Positions 1 to 8,684 of a stretch of DNA of 64,000 nt are shown here, piece after piece (the first letter of the stretch is position 1; each line of letters opens with the position of its first letter). The stretch is from NCBI GenBank assembly GCA_034675465.1, contig JAUCDH010000010.1:11806-75805 (forward strand), in the 5' to 3' direction. The position numbers were made by a program, and so were the translations under genes. The notes under the pieces were generated by a model. It was not told the origin of the DNA. It saw only the letters and a program-made list of their open reading frames with translations, and made no database searches. Source of the stretch: Stenotrophomonas sp. Its GTDB lineage: Bacteria; Pseudomonadota; Gammaproteobacteria; Xanthomonadales; Xanthomonadaceae.

Positions 1-1138
1 GTTCGAGGTGGCCGTCGAGCAGCGCCATGTGCTCCTGCGCGGCGGCATCGGCGGCGCTCTGGTGCGCGGCGACGCCATCGGCGAGCAGGCGCGCTTGCAG
101 GGCGGTACGCTCGACCGCTTCCACGGCGCTGCCGCCATCCTCGAAGCCCTGCGACAGGCGCGCATAGCCGATGGCGCAGCGCAGGTGCACCGATTCATCC
201 TCGCGCACGAGGAACGGGTGTGCAGACAGCGCCTGACGCAGCACGAGGGCCAGCGCCTCGAGGGTGTTCTCGTCGATGTCACGCGCCAGCAGCAGGAAGC
301 TGTTGTCGCTCAGGCGTGCCAGCGGGTGCGGCCGAGCGGCTTCGTTCAGGCGCCGGCCGGCCTGCACCATCAGGCGCTCGAAAGCGGCGTAGCCATAGCG
401 TTCGCGCAGGCCCAGCGCGCTGGCGATTTCGATGAACATCAGCCCGCCGGCTTCCCTGGTGGCCAGCGCGGCGTCCAGTTGCAGCATCAGGTTGTGGCGC
501 GTGGGCAGGCCGGTCTCGGGGTTGTTCATCGCCGGCGCGGCGCTGTTGCCGACTAGGCCCAGCGCCTGCTGGCGCGAGCGGCGGATGCGGTTGGACACGG
601 CCGCGACCAGGTGGCGCGGGCGGATCGGCTTGGTCAGGAAGTCGTCGGCGCCGCTGTCGAGCACTTCGAACTGACGCTCGGGGTCGGAATCGCCGGTCAG
701 GAACACGATCGGCAGCAACTGTTGCTGCGGCTGCTGGCGGATCAGCGTGGTCAGGCGCATGCCGTCCAGCCCGGGCATGTGCAGGTCCATCAGGATCAGG
801 TCCGGGCGATGGGTGTCGATGGCTTGCTGCACGCCTTCGGCGTCCAGCTGCATGATCGCCTGCATGCCGGCGCCGTGCAGCACGCTTTGCGCGAACAGCG
901 CCTGCGAACGGTCGTCCTCGACGATCAGCACCCGGTACGGCGCCTCGTTGGCTGCCTGCAAGCCGGGCGCCTGCACCGCGGCGGACATGGCCGCGCCGGC
1001 GGCCGTGTCGGTGATGTGCGCCTGCACCGCCGCGGCCGGCGCGGCGTTGGCCACGCTCCAGCGCTGCCAGTAGTTTGCCGGCGGAACCTCGGCGCGAACC
1101 GGGCGGGCGGAAAGATTGGGGGTGTCGCTGCGGGCCAT
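1..1138 (-). CDS. Response regulator with REC domain and degenerate GGDEF domain (probably EAL further on); partial, runs off the window
   Basis: Read manually on the minus strand from ATG 1138 (GGAGAG RBS): YRVLIVEDD...PDLILMDLHMPGLDG...PIVFLTG...GADDFLTKP (REC), then NPETGLPTR...ARLSDNSF (GGDEF-like, signature lost). Confidence 0.8.
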   Translation of the reverse strand, partial: MARSDTPNLSARPVRAEVPPANYWQRWSVANAAPAAAVQAHITDTAAGAAMSAAVQAPGLQAANEAPYRVLIVEDDRSQALFAQSVLHGAGMQAIMQLDAEGVQQAIDTHRPDLILMDLHMPGLDGMRLTTLIRQQPQQQLLPIVFLTGDSDPERQFEVLDSGADDFLTKPIRPRHLVAAVSNRIRRSRQQALGLVGNSAAPAMNNPETGLPTRHNLMLQLDAALATREAGGLMFIEIASALGLRERYGYAAFERLMVQAGRRLNEAARPHPLARLSDNSFLLLARDIDENTLEALALVLRQALSAHPFLVREDESVHLRCAIGYARLSQGFEDGGSAVEAVERTALQARLLADGVAAHQSAADAAAQEHMALLDGHLE

Positions 1139-1169
1139 CGGTACTCTCCGTGAGCCGTGGATTATGCGG

Positions 1170-1805
1170 TCAAGGCGCCGGTGGCAGCGAATGCCGCGAG
1201 GCGCCATCGCCCTGGCCATTGCCCGATGGCGTGAACAGGCGCTTGATGCCCCGCCACAGCATGCGCCAGACCAGCCATACCGCCAGCGCCCCGAGGATAC
1301 TGGTGCCGAGCACGAAGACCAGCGCCAGCCACGGATGCGCCACGGCCAGGGCCAGCCCGCCGATCACCAGCCCATCCTCGGCAACCGAGGCGACCCAGTT
1401 GCTGGCCGGCTCCGGTGAGGTGTTCAGCAGGGCGCGGGTGCCGGCCTTCAGGCCGTGGCTGGCCAGCGCCACGCCGGCCCCGGCGGCGAGCACGCCGGTA
1501 CTCAGCTGCCCGTCGGGCGACAAGGTGGCGGCAGCGAGGAAGGCGCCGGCCGGAACCCGCGCCAGCGTCTGCAACAAATCCCATATCGAATCGACGCCGG
1601 GAATCTTGTCGGCAAAGAACTCCGTGAGCGCCAACGCGCCGGAGGTGCCCAGCACCCACCAGGATTGGGTGGCCTGCAACGCAGGCGGCAGATCTACCCA
1701 GCCCAACAGGCCGGCCAGGCCGACGCCGAACAGCGTCAGATAGACGCGGATACCGGCCAGCCAGGCCAACAGGATGCCAATGACGAACACGTGGGCTTCG
1801 GTCAT
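1170..1805 (-). CDS. DUF4126 family membrane protein
   Basis: Hydrophobic ORF with EFFADKIPGVDSIWD and PEPASNWVASVAED motifs. Confidence 0.8.
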   Translation of the reverse strand: MTEAHVFVIGILLAWLAGIRVYLTLFGVGLAGLLGWVDLPPALQATQSWWVLGTSGALALTEFFADKIPGVDSIWDLLQTLARVPAGAFLAAATLSPDGQLSTGVLAAGAGVALASHGLKAGTRALLNTSPEPASNWVASVAEDGLVIGGLALAVAHPWLALVFVLGTSILGALAVWLVWRMLWRGIKRLFTPSGNGQGDGASRHSLPPAP

Positions 1806-1933
1806 GGACGGCGCCAGTGGAAACCGGGGACAGGGCAGCAACTATCGGTGATGGCCGGGGCGATTGCCAGCCTTGCCCGCCGCCGGGGTCGTTTACACTG
1901 CCCGGCCATTTCAGCCGGCCGCCGCCACCTGAC

Positions 1934-2671
1934 ATGAACAACCGTCCTTCCTCGCGTTTCCAGATCACCCCGCGTGGCGCGTCGCAGCGTCCGCCGGGGC
2001 TGTCGTGGGTGGTGATCGCCGTGGCGTGGCTGCTGTCGCTGCTGCTGGTGGGCTGGCTGGCCGCGCGCTATGCCTCGCCCGATGCCGGCGGCCTGCGTGA
2101 ACGCCTGCGCCAGAGCGAGCGGCACGTGCAGCAGCAGTCCGCGCAGATCGAGGAATTGCGGCAGCGGCAGGCGACGCTGGAGGCGTCGGACAAGATCAGC
2201 CGCGCCGCCACCACCGATGTGCAGGCCTCGCTGGCCGAGCGCGATGAGGAAATCGCCGGCCTGCGCGCCGACGTGGCGTTCTACGAGCGGCTGGTGGGGG
2301 CCACCAGTCAGCGCAAGGGGTTGAATGCGCATTCGGTCGAGTTTTCGCCCGAGGCTGCCGGCAGCTGGCACTACAGCGTGGTGCTCACCCAGAACCTCAA
2401 CCGTGGCGCGATCAGCCAAGGGCAGATGCGTTTCGTCGTGGAGGGCGTGAAGGCCGGCAAGCTGGTCACGCTGGGCTGGGACGAGCTGCACCAGCGCAGC
2501 GCGGTACCGGGGCAGGAGTATTCCTTCCGCTATTTCCAGCAGTTGGGCGGCAGCGTGATGCTGCCCAAGGATTTCACGCCGCAACGTGTGCGAATCTCAC
2601 TGACTGGCCCGGGGGGGAGCGCCAACCAGACATTCGATTGGAAACTCGCCGGCAGCGGCAGAGGGGAGTAA
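1934..2671 (+). CDS. Conserved membrane-anchored coiled-coil protein (DUF6776-like)
   Basis: N-terminal TM helix, coiled coil ending ADVAFYERLV, FRYFQQLGG motif; lies upstream of bactofilin and erpA. Confidence 0.7.
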   Translation: MNNRPSSRFQITPRGASQRPPGLSWVVIAVAWLLSLLLVGWLAARYASPDAGGLRERLRQSERHVQQQSAQIEELRQRQATLEASDKISRAATTDVQASLAERDEEIAGLRADVAFYERLVGATSQRKGLNAHSVEFSPEAAGSWHYSVVLTQNLNRGAISQGQMRFVVEGVKAGKLVTLGWDELHQRSAVPGQEYSFRYFQQLGGSVMLPKDFTPQRVRISLTGPGGSANQTFDWKLAGSGRGE

Positions 2672-2673
2672 GC

Positions 2674-3081
2674 ATGTTGGGAAGGAAGAACAACCGCGAC
2701 AGCCACATGGTGGTGGATGCGCTGATCGGGCCGCAGGTGGTGATTCGCGGCGACGTCGTGTTCAGCGGTGGGTTGTACGTGGAAGGCCGCATCGAAGGCA
2801 AGGTGTTGGCCGAAGACGGCAGCAAGGCAATGCTGACCCTGGCCGAGCAAGGCCATATCGAAGGCGAGGTGCGTGCCGCCGTGGTGGTGCTCAGTGGCCG
2901 TCTGGACGGCGACGTGCATGCCGGCGAGCGGGTGGAACTGACCCCGACTGCGCGGGTCAACGGCAACGTCCATTACCAGGTGGTGGAAATGAGCGCCGGT
3001 GCGCAGCTCAACGGGCGTTTGTTGCATTCAGCTGCGATGGCCGCGCTGCCCGCGCCGCAGGGCGAGGCCGGGCAGGCTTGA
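2674..3081 (+). CDS. Bactofilin (polymer-forming cytoskeletal protein)
   Basis: [28 protein letters not shown]...[18 protein letters not shown] beta-helix repeats. Confidence 0.9.
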   Translation: MLGRKNNRDSHMVVDALIGPQVVIRGDVVFSGGLYVEGRIEGKVLAEDGSKAMLTLAEQGHIEGEVRAAVVVLSGRLDGDVHAGERVELTPTARVNGNVHYQVVEMSAGAQLNGRLLHSAAMAALPAPQGEAGQA

Positions 3082-3112
3082 ATCGCAGCCGGCCCGTCCC
3101 CATGCTGGTCGC

Positions 3113-3499
3113 ATGAGCACGCTTGTCTCCCTGCCCGGCACGCCGGCTGCACCCGATTACCAATCCCTCGACCGCCCGCTGAACTTCACCGCAGCGGCGG
3201 CGACCAAGGTGCACGAACTGATCCGCGACGAGGGCAACGATGCCCTCGCCCTGCGCGTCTACATTCAGGGCGGCGGCTGCTCCGGTTTCCAGTACGGCTT
3301 CGAGTTCGACGAGAACCGTGCCGATGACGACCTGGCGGTGGTCACCGACGGCGTGACTTTGCTGGTGGACCCGCTGAGCCTGCAATACCTGATGGGCGCC
3401 GAGGTCGATTACAGCGAGAGCCTGACCGGCGCGCAGTTCGTGATCCGCAACCCCAATGCGCGCACTACCTGCGGCTGCGGCAGCAGTTTCACGGTGTAG
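3113..3499 (+). CDS. erpA: Iron-sulfur cluster insertion protein ErpA
   Basis: [17 protein letters not shown] and [14 protein letters not shown] motifs. Confidence 0.93.
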   Translation: MSTLVSLPGTPAAPDYQSLDRPLNFTAAAATKVHELIRDEGNDALALRVYIQGGGCSGFQYGFEFDENRADDDLAVVTDGVTLLVDPLSLQYLMGAEVDYSESLTGAQFVIRNPNARTTCGCGSSFTV

Positions 3500-3561
3500 G
3501 TAGCGCCCGGCCGTTGGTCGGGTCCGGTAAAAGCTCATCGCGCACCAAGGTGCGCTCCTAC
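3500..3561. repeat. GTAG-type REP pair
   Basis: GTAGCGCCCGGCCGTTGGTCGGG followed by inverted TCGCGCACCAAGGTGCGCTCCTAC, identical to the right REP at 14433-14456. Confidence 0.75.
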
Positions 3562-3592
3562 AATGGCTGCATTCCATTTCAGGATTCCGGTG

Positions 3593-4495
3593 ATGCCCGA
3601 TACCGCTCCTTTCTCCGGCCATGCCTTCACCGCCGCGCCGCTGGATCGCGCTGATGCCCTGCGTGGCGACGCCGCGGCGCTGGCGCGATTGTGGCCCGAT
3701 GCGCGGGTGCTGGTGCTCGATGCCGATGGCACCGCGTTCGCCGATGACGACGGCCAGCCATTCGTCAGTAGTGGCCATGCGCTGGGTGGCGGCCCGGGTA
3801 CGGCGATCTTCCTTGGCTTGCGGCAGCAACAGGCGTGGTTTGTGGTCGAAGCGGCCGCGGTCACCGTGCAGGCGCCGCAGCGGCTGGACCTGCGCCGCGC
3901 GGCGGCCGAATGGCCCGCCGAGGTCGCGGCGATCTTCTGCTACGCGCGCGGCATGTCGTACTGGCATTCGCGCAATCGTTTCTGCGGCGTCTGCGGCGCC
4001 GCCATTGTTTTCGGGCGGGGCGGCTTCATTGGCCGTTGCGGGCAGTGTGGCACCGAGCATTACCCGCGGGTCGATCCGGCGGTCATCGTCGCGGTCGAGA
4101 ATGACGGTCGCCTGCTGCTGGGCCGGCAGGCGGCCTGGGCGCCGCGGCGCTGGTCGGTGCTGGCCGGCTTCGTCGAGCCTGGCGAAACCTTTGAGCAGAC
4201 CGTGGCACGCGAGGTGTTCGAGGAAACCCGGGTGCGGGTGACCGGCGCGCATTACCTCGGCACCCAGCCGTGGCCGTTCCCCGGCGCGCTGATGGTCGGC
4301 TTTCACGCCACCGCGCACGACGATGTGCCTACCGTGGATGGCGAGCTGGAAGCCGCGCGCTGGTTCGATGCTGCGGAAATCGGTGCCGCGCTGCGCCGCG
4401 AAGCAGGGAGCGACGACGGCGGCATCCTGCTGCCGCCGCCGATTTCGATCGCGCGCACGCTGATTGAACACTGGCATCACCGACAACGTGGATGA
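3593..4495 (+). CDS. nudC: NAD(+) diphosphatase NudC
   Basis: Zinc ribbon RFCGVCG...CGQCG, YPRVDPAVIV, Nudix box AGFVEPGETFEQTVAREVFEET, TQPWPFP. Confidence 0.93.
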   Translation: MPDTAPFSGHAFTAAPLDRADALRGDAAALARLWPDARVLVLDADGTAFADDDGQPFVSSGHALGGGPGTAIFLGLRQQQAWFVVEAAAVTVQAPQRLDLRRAAAEWPAEVAAIFCYARGMSYWHSRNRFCGVCGAAIVFGRGGFIGRCGQCGTEHYPRVDPAVIVAVENDGRLLLGRQAAWAPRRWSVLAGFVEPGETFEQTVAREVFEETRVRVTGAHYLGTQPWPFPGALMVGFHATAHDDVPTVDGELEAARWFDAAEIGAALRREAGSDDGGILLPPPISIARTLIEHWHHRQRG

Positions 4496-4571
4496 TGCGG
4501 ATTGGTGAAGTGATGCGCGGTGGCGCGCTGCGGACGATGCTGGGCCTACAATCGGGGCGCGGAGGAAACGC

Positions 4572-5465
4572 ATGTTCACTACCCTGATAGCAGTGATCGC
4601 GGCATTGGTGCTGGGCCATCTGGGCGCGGCGGGCATCGCCGTGCTGCGCGATTGGCGCTGGTTCGGGCGCTGGCTGGCGTGGTTGCAGGCGCAAGGCGGC
4701 GCGGCGGCGGGCCGCTATGGCCTGTTGCTGGCGCTGGCGCCGCTGGCGCCGCTGGTGCTGCCGGTGGCCTTGCTGCAATGGCTGCTGGGCGAGCGCCTCT
4801 ATGGTCTGCCGGCGCTGCTGTTCGGCATCGCCGTGCTGGTGCTGTGCTGGGGGCCGCGCGACCTGGATCGCGACGTCGAGGCGGTGATCGACGCCGACGA
4901 TGCCGAAGGCCGCGTGCAGGCGCTGTCGCAGCTGCAATCAGCTGGCGGCAGTCTGCGTGAGGATGTGCCGTCGCTGGTCGATGCGGTGGTGTTCAACGCC
5001 TTGCGGCGCTGGTTCGCACCGCTGTTCTGGTTCTTGTTGCTCGGCCCGTTCGGCGTGCTGGCGTATCGCTTGTTGGCGCAGGCGGTACAGGGGCCGCAGG
5101 CGGCGCAGGTGGCCGAGGCCAGCCGTGCCGGCGGTGCGTGGGCGCTGCGCTTGCTGGAATGGCCGGTGGCGCAGCTGATGACGCTGTCGATGGCGCTGGT
5201 CGGCAATTTCGACACGGTGTTTTCGGCATGGCGGCGCGCGGCCGGCAACCGTTGGGTGCTGGATTTGGAATTTCTCGGTGCGGCGGCGCGCGCCGGCGTC
5301 GGCATGGAGCTGGTCGAGGAGGCCGAGGAAGCCCGCATGGCCGGGCTGGTGCCCATCGACGAACGTTTCCCCGAATTACGCGATGCAATGAGCGTGGTGT
5401 GGCGGATGCTGCTGCTGTGGATGGCGTTGCTGGCGCTGCTGATCATCGCCGGCTGGGTGGGGTGA
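4572..5465 (+). CDS. ampE: AmpE-family inner membrane protein
   Basis: Multi-TM protein, WFAPLFWFLLLGPFG.LAYR and ALVGNFD motifs typical of AmpE/CobD-like proteins. Confidence 0.7.
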   Translation: MFTTLIAVIAALVLGHLGAAGIAVLRDWRWFGRWLAWLQAQGGAAAGRYGLLLALAPLAPLVLPVALLQWLLGERLYGLPALLFGIAVLVLCWGPRDLDRDVEAVIDADDAEGRVQALSQLQSAGGSLREDVPSLVDAVVFNALRRWFAPLFWFLLLGPFGVLAYRLLAQAVQGPQAAQVAEASRAGGAWALRLLEWPVAQLMTLSMALVGNFDTVFSAWRRAAGNRWVLDLEFLGAAARAGVGMELVEEAEEARMAGLVPIDERFPELRDAMSVVWRMLLLWMALLALLIIAGWVG

Positions 5466-5512
5466 TCGCAGCGTGATGCGGGGCACGTCCAGCATCCGCG
5501 AGGAAACGCGTT

Positions 5513-5935
5513 TCAGCCAGGCGCGAGCAGGTTGAATGGGTACCACGGCAGGTTGCGGGCTATCCAGTAACCGGTGATCACCACCATCCACGGGATCGGC
5601 CGCGCGAGCAGCCGCACCAGCCCCCCCAGTTTCGCCGGCCACAGGCCTGCGCCGTGCAGCGCCAGCACCAGCATTGGCAGGATCGAGACCACCAGCAGCG
5701 GGTTCATCGCCATTGCGCCGGGCAGGTCCAGATGGACCAGTGCATGCAGGCAACGGGTGCTGCCGCAGCCGGGACACCAGATGCCGGTCAACGCGTAAAA
5801 GGGGCAGGGGGGCAGCAGGCTGCCGGGGTTGTTGGGATCGACCCGGCCAAGGACCGTCGCCGCGCCAAGGCTGATGCCGGCAATGGCGGCCAGGGGAGCA
5901 TAACGAAGCAGGTGCTGCGGGATTGCGATATTCAT
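5513..5935 (-). CDS. DUF2752 membrane protein
   Basis: CPFYALTGIWCPGCGSTR...AMAMNPL signature. Confidence 0.88.
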   Translation of the reverse strand: MNIAIPQHLLRYAPLAAIAGISLGAATVLGRVDPNNPGSLLPPCPFYALTGIWCPGCGSTRCLHALVHLDLPGAMAMNPLLVVSILPMLVLALHGAGLWPAKLGGLVRLLARPIPWMVVITGYWIARNLPWYPFNLLAPG

Positions 5936-5978
5936 CAAGTGAACGGGCCGGCAGGGCGCCGGCCCGGTCCGTGGTGCA

Positions 5979-6257
5979 TCAGTAGTCCGAGCCGCTCATC
6001 GCGCCGCCGAGGCCCAGCATCATCACCAGCACGAAGTACAGGATGGTGACGACGATGCCGGCAACGGCTGCCCAGATGGCCCACTTCTTGGCCTTCTCGG
6101 AAGCTTCGCGGGCGCCGGTGACATCACCGGCGGCCAGCAGGCCGTTGACCTTGGCGGCGTGCACGATCGAAACGATGCCCAGCGGCAGGCAGCAGAACAG
6201 GGTGGACAGGATGGCCCAGACCAGGTTGTTGGAAACGACGGGGGTGTTGCTATTCAC
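5979..6257 (-). CDS. CD225/dispanin family protein
   Basis: NNLVWAILSTLFCCLPLGIVSIVHAAKVN...AGD..GAREASEKAKKW. Confidence 0.9.
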   Translation of the reverse strand: MNSNTPVVSNNLVWAILSTLFCCLPLGIVSIVHAAKVNGLLAAGDVTGAREASEKAKKWAIWAAVAGIVVTILYFVLVMMLGLGGAMSGSDY

Positions 6258-6287
6258 GGGAAACTCCTTGGTTGGTAAAGGGGTAAA

Positions 6288-6608
6288 TCAGCGGGATTTG
6301 CAGGCATTGGCCGCGGTCAGCGACGAGATGATCAGGGCAGCCACCCAGCACAGCGGCCAGGTGATGAAGCCGATGAACACGAAGCACAGCAGGAAGTTGA
6401 CGAAGGCCACGACCCAGTAGCTGAACATGATGATCAGCCCGGTAGCGACGTTGCCGGCATAGATGTGGCCGATGCCAAAGGTTTGCAGGAACAGGCCCGG
6501 CAATACTTCCAGCAGGGCGGCGATGCCGCCGGATTTCTGCGGATGGTGGTAGTGGTGCACCTGCTGCGGAGCGGGTGCGGGCGGCGGTGGCGTCGTGGCG
6601 TGGTCCAT
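6288..6608 (-). CDS. Small membrane protein, TM2-like
   Basis: Pro/His-rich N-terminus then KSGGIAALLE...GIGHIYAG and two further TM helices. Confidence 0.7.
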   Translation of the reverse strand: MDHATTPPPPAPAPQQVHHYHHPQKSGGIAALLEVLPGLFLQTFGIGHIYAGNVATGLIIMFSYWVVAFVNFLLCFVFIGFITWPLCWVAALIISSLTAANACKSR

Positions 6609-6689
6609 GTTTCCCCGGGTTTCGCGTGGCGGGTCCGTCGCGTAGGTGGCCTAGCGTAGCCAGTTGCAGGGTGTTCGGTAAAGCACGGT

Positions 6690-8612
6690 TCAGGCTTCGT
6701 CGCCGCGCAGTGCCCGCACCGACGCTTCCAGTTGCGCCGCGTCGGTGTCCGTGCCATCGACCGGTGGGCCGGCCACCACCTCGACATGGGCGCGGAAGCG
6801 GCGCGGTACGCGCATGCGCCCCAGCCGGGTGTCGCGGCGGCTCCACATGCTGGCCCACATGCCCTTGAGCGCCATCGGCACCACCGGCACTGGGCGCCGG
6901 GCGAGGATTTTTTCCACGCCGGACTTGAACGCGGCGATGCCGCCGTCGCGGGTCAACGCACCCTCGGGGAAGATGCAGACCAGTTCGCCCTCGGCCAAGG
7001 CGGCGTCCACCGTATCGAAGGCGCGCTGCATCAGCTCGGCGTCCTCCTTCGGGCTGGCGATGGGGATGGCCTTGGCGGTGCGGAAGATCCAGCGCAGCAC
7101 CGGGATGTTGAAGATCCGGTAATACATGACGAAGCGCACCGGGCGCGGCACCACCGCCGCCAGGATCAGCGCGTCCATGTAGCTGACGTGGTTGCAGACC
7201 AGCAGCGCCGCGCCCTCGTCGGGCACGTTGGCCTCGATGCCGCGCACGCGCAGCCGGTACAGCGTGCGCACCATCAGCCAGCTGAGGAAGCGCATCAGGA
7301 ACTCGGGCACGATGCTGAAGATCCAGAGCGCGACCAGCGTGTTGGCGATGGCCAGCGCGAGGAACAGCTGCGGGATGCTCAGGCCGGGCATCGGCAGGAC
7401 GTGGCCGAACAGCGCCAGTTGCTTCAGTTGCAGCAGCAGGCCGATGACCGCGGCCAGCACGATGAAGCCGGAGTTCTGGATGTTCAGCGCGGCGAACACG
7501 CGCGACATCTCCGACTTCGGCGTGCGGCTCTGGATCAGCGCGAACAGCGGCACCACGAAGAAGCCGGTGAACAGGCCGATGCCGAGCAGGTCGATGATGA
7601 TGCGCGTGCTGCCGGGCTGCTGCACGAACTGCGCCAGCGAAAGGCCTTGTGCGGTGGCGGTGCCGGCGCGGGCGAAATACAGGTCGAGCAGGAACGCACT
7701 CATGCCGAACGCGCCCAGCGGCACCAGGCCGATTTCGACGGTGCGTGCGGACAGCTTCTCGCACAGCAACGAGCCGACGCCGGTGCCGATGGAGAACAGT
7801 GCCAGCGCGAAGATGTAGAGCGTGGGCTTGCCGCCGAGGTTGACCACCGCGTAGCTGGGCAGCTGCGAGGTCAGCACGGTGCCGACGAACCAGAACCACG
7901 ACACGCCGAGGATGGCGTTGCGCACCGCGACCTGCTTCTTCGCCATGCGCAGCACGGCCAGCGATTCGGACAACGGGTTCCAGCGGATCTTCAGCTCCGG
8001 CGCGCCGGCATCCACGCGCGGCATCATGCGCGCGGCGGCGTTGCCGGCCAGCGCGAGTGCGATGATCGCCAGCGCCGCGACGATGGGGCCATGGCTGCCG
8101 GCTAGCACGAAGATCAGGCCGCCGGCGATCATGCCGGTCAGGATCGACAGCGAGGTGCCCATCTCGACCAGTCCGTTGCCGCCGGTCAGTTCCTCCGGCT
8201 TGAGGATCGACGGCAGCACCGAATACTTCACCGGTCCGAACAGGGTGGATTGCAGCCCGGTGCAGAACAACGCCACCAACAGCACCGGCATGCTCTGGGT
8301 GAGGAAACCGATGGCGGCCAGCGACATGATGGCGATTTCCATCGTCGTGGTGATGATGATCAGTCGCTGCTTTTCCAGCTTCTCGGCGATCTGCCCGGCC
8401 AAGGCCGAGAACAGGAAGTAGGGCAGGATGAACAGCGCTGGTGCCAGGTTGGTGTAGAGCGTGCGCTGCTCGGTGCTGACGCCGAGGTAGAACAGCAGGC
8501 CGATGATCGCCTGCCGGTAGATGTTGTCGTTGAACGCGCCCAGCGACTGGACGATGAAGAACGGGAGGAAGCGGCGCTGCTTCAGCAGCGCGAACTGGTT
8601 GTGGCCGGACAT
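6690..8612 (-). CDS. MFS transporter fused to a PlsC-type acyltransferase (LplT/Aas-like)
   Basis: RRFLPFF..QSLGAFNDN MFS start; C-terminal NHVSYMD and IFPEG acyltransferase motifs. Confidence 0.88.
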   Translation of the reverse strand: MSGHNQFALLKQRRFLPFFIVQSLGAFNDNIYRQAIIGLLFYLGVSTEQRTLYTNLAPALFILPYFLFSALAGQIAEKLEKQRLIIITTTMEIAIMSLAAIGFLTQSMPVLLVALFCTGLQSTLFGPVKYSVLPSILKPEELTGGNGLVEMGTSLSILTGMIAGGLIFVLAGSHGPIVAALAIIALALAGNAAARMMPRVDAGAPELKIRWNPLSESLAVLRMAKKQVAVRNAILGVSWFWFVGTVLTSQLPSYAVVNLGGKPTLYIFALALFSIGTGVGSLLCEKLSARTVEIGLVPLGAFGMSAFLLDLYFARAGTATAQGLSLAQFVQQPGSTRIIIDLLGIGLFTGFFVVPLFALIQSRTPKSEMSRVFAALNIQNSGFIVLAAVIGLLLQLKQLALFGHVLPMPGLSIPQLFLALAIANTLVALWIFSIVPEFLMRFLSWLMVRTLYRLRVRGIEANVPDEGAALLVCNHVSYMDALILAAVVPRPVRFVMYYRIFNIPVLRWIFRTAKAIPIASPKEDAELMQRAFDTVDAALAEGELVCIFPEGALTRDGGIAAFKSGVEKILARRPVPVVPMALKGMWASMWSRRDTRLGRMRVPRRFRAHVEVVAGPPVDGTDTDAAQLEASVRALRGDEA

Positions 8613-8658
8613 CGTGTCTCCTTGCGTTCTGCGCGGCACCTTAGCAGGAGTCGGGTTT

Positions 8659-8684
8659 CCCTTCTCACCCCGAGGGGAGAGGGG
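8659..8684. repeat. CCCTCTCCC/GGGAGAGGG-type palindrome overlapping the yccS stop
   Basis: CCCTTCTCACCCCGAGGGGAGAGGGG, matching the terminal hairpin of the copies at 47189-47214 and 54427-54452. Confidence 0.6.
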
